Below, one piece after another: positions 62,369-64,000 of a DNA stretch of 64,000 bases. The first letter of the stretch is position 1; every line of letters starts with the position of its first letter. Origin of the DNA: Phoronis australis (taxonomy: Eukaryota > Animalia > Phoronida); the NCBI GenBank assembly GCA_002633005.1, contig NMRA01000175.1:271432-335431 (forward strand). The letters are read 5' to 3'. The notes beneath the pieces were generated by a model. The model searched no databases, was not told where the DNA came from, and saw only the letters and a list, made by a program, of their open reading frames with translations. Both the position numbers and the translations under genes were made by a program.

Positions 62369-64000
62369 GGTGATTGGCTGGAAATAAACAGGAAGGTGTG
62401 GTTATTTATGGTAATTATGGCATAATAGGCACAGGAATTAGCACGCTCAATAACCAACAACCATGAGTTAGCATTAAGGATTAGTGATGACTGTTATTTA
62501 AAGAAAGTCAGTCCAGATATCTGAGCTTTGTTGCAACTTAACATAGGTTAGTCTATAGTCACTTGTGTTGTAACCTTGCTAGTTTATAGATGGTTATGAA
62601 CTGGGTTCCATTTGTGTCCATACCATAATAACTAACAGAAAACAAAGTGGTAACTAACTTTGTAACACAAATATGGAAAGAGCTTGCAACACAGCACGAA
62701 GCAAGCAAAGAGTTTTAACCACAACTAATAAAATAAATGTCCTCCATTACACAATCTGACAAATGGCAAAATAACCAAGCAAACAGAACAACCTAAGTAA
62801 ATTGAGGACCAGAAAATAAAGACAGAAGTGAAGCAGGTTCCACTGAATGACACCAACCAAAACTTGTGTTGGTGTGTATCTCTGATGACTACAAGTTGAT
62901 TCGAAAAGACAATGGGTCAAACACTAGAGATATATTGAGTTGAACCATGGCGACGAACATCTCAAGAGGGCTCACAAGGGCAACGCTGGAGCATAGAGAT
63001 GTGCCCACGGTGAATCTCATATGATATCCTTCTAAGGCCCACGAGGAGGTGCAGCAGTCAAATCAGCCCGAAAATCAAATGGTGCCCACTAGGAGGTGCT
63101 ACAGTGGTTGAAGACGGAAGAAACTTTTAATGGTGCCATCGCATTGCTATCATTTTCTTCTGCGTCAAGTTTCATTAAAATCTGTTAATCAGATCTCTAG
63201 ATATCATCTGGGAACGCTGTATATATTATGTGAGCGCATAAGAAATGTTTTCCTCATATTTAAGCACTGGCCTCCCAAGATCATAAAACTAAGCAGGTAA
63301 GCATATTGAAGCCTGACCTCTAATGGTATCAAGGGGGTGTGGTATCATGTTTATGAGCAGGCTACTTGTACCCAATCATTGAGTGAGATGAATACCTACT
63401 GTTACCCATGACATAACTAACTGCTGGTAATTTGCACATAATGGAAGATTAACATAATCATAGAGGTAACACAGTGGACTGATGTACTGGCCAAGAGGTG
63501 TTCCTGACTGACACTTATACAACAAATGTTGGCCGTTGAGTGAACTCAAAACGTGATTTTGCATCAACATTTACATACGTTACATTCAATGACTTAAGTT
63601 AAAGTTAAGTACCAAAATGCTGAAAATAATATTAAATGACCCCTCAAGTGTGCTAGTATATATTGTGATACCAAAATTAATAAATTTTAAGGACTTTATG
63701 CTTCTTCACAGTACATAATTTCGACACAATTTACTTACACAGGCATTAAACTCGTGCTTTCTGTCAAAGAACAAGTCTTGATTTATACCACTTATAAAAT
63801 TGGTCTTGAATTGTTCCTTAATGAAACTAGGTGTGATTCCTACATCTGAAAAAATTTGTATTAAATTTTATTAGCTTGGTTAGGAAGAATAATGAACAGT
63901 CAGTTATTTCCGAGTCCAGAAATGACTGAGCAAGGAACACATGAACATAGTTATAAAATGGTAAGTAGTTTATATCAAAAAATTGTTTTTAACAGAAAAC

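Noticed and set aside
1-64000. Prokaryotic-type systems (operons, defence islands, CRISPR) or an autonomous transposon or virus
   Set aside because: All coding sequence found is spliceosomal-intron-containing host genes. No transposase, reverse transcriptase, integrase or capsid ORF was seen.

Overview
Eukaryotic, AT-rich, intron-rich animal DNA, probably from an invertebrate bilaterian; the taxon cannot be fixed from sequence alone. I built three spliced genes by hand. (1) A minus-strand gene of unknown family (ATG 15237, running off the left edge, >=728 aa, largely low-complexity) with several frame-consistent microexons. (2) A complete plus-strand MAP3K1/MEKK1 orthologue with SWIM, RING, TOG-like, UIM and kinase regions: 19 coding exons, 24723..56123, about 1607 aa, including one GC-AG intron and a 1944-nt exon. 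(3) A complete minus-strand typical 2-Cys peroxiredoxin (Prx1/2 type, 4 coding exons, 196 aa), convergent with MAP3K1. Genes 1 and 2 appear to diverge from a short region near 24.2-24.5 kb that carries a consensus CTCF motif. Introns hold MITEs, tRNA-derived SINE remnants, mini- and microsatellites, and a 587-bp duplication across an N that is probably an assembly artefact. Most ORF-track entries are spurious or partial exons. I see no clear novel multi-gene system. The best leads are the uncharacterised gene and its coupled microexons, the GC-AG intron, and the MAP3K1 linker and redox features.
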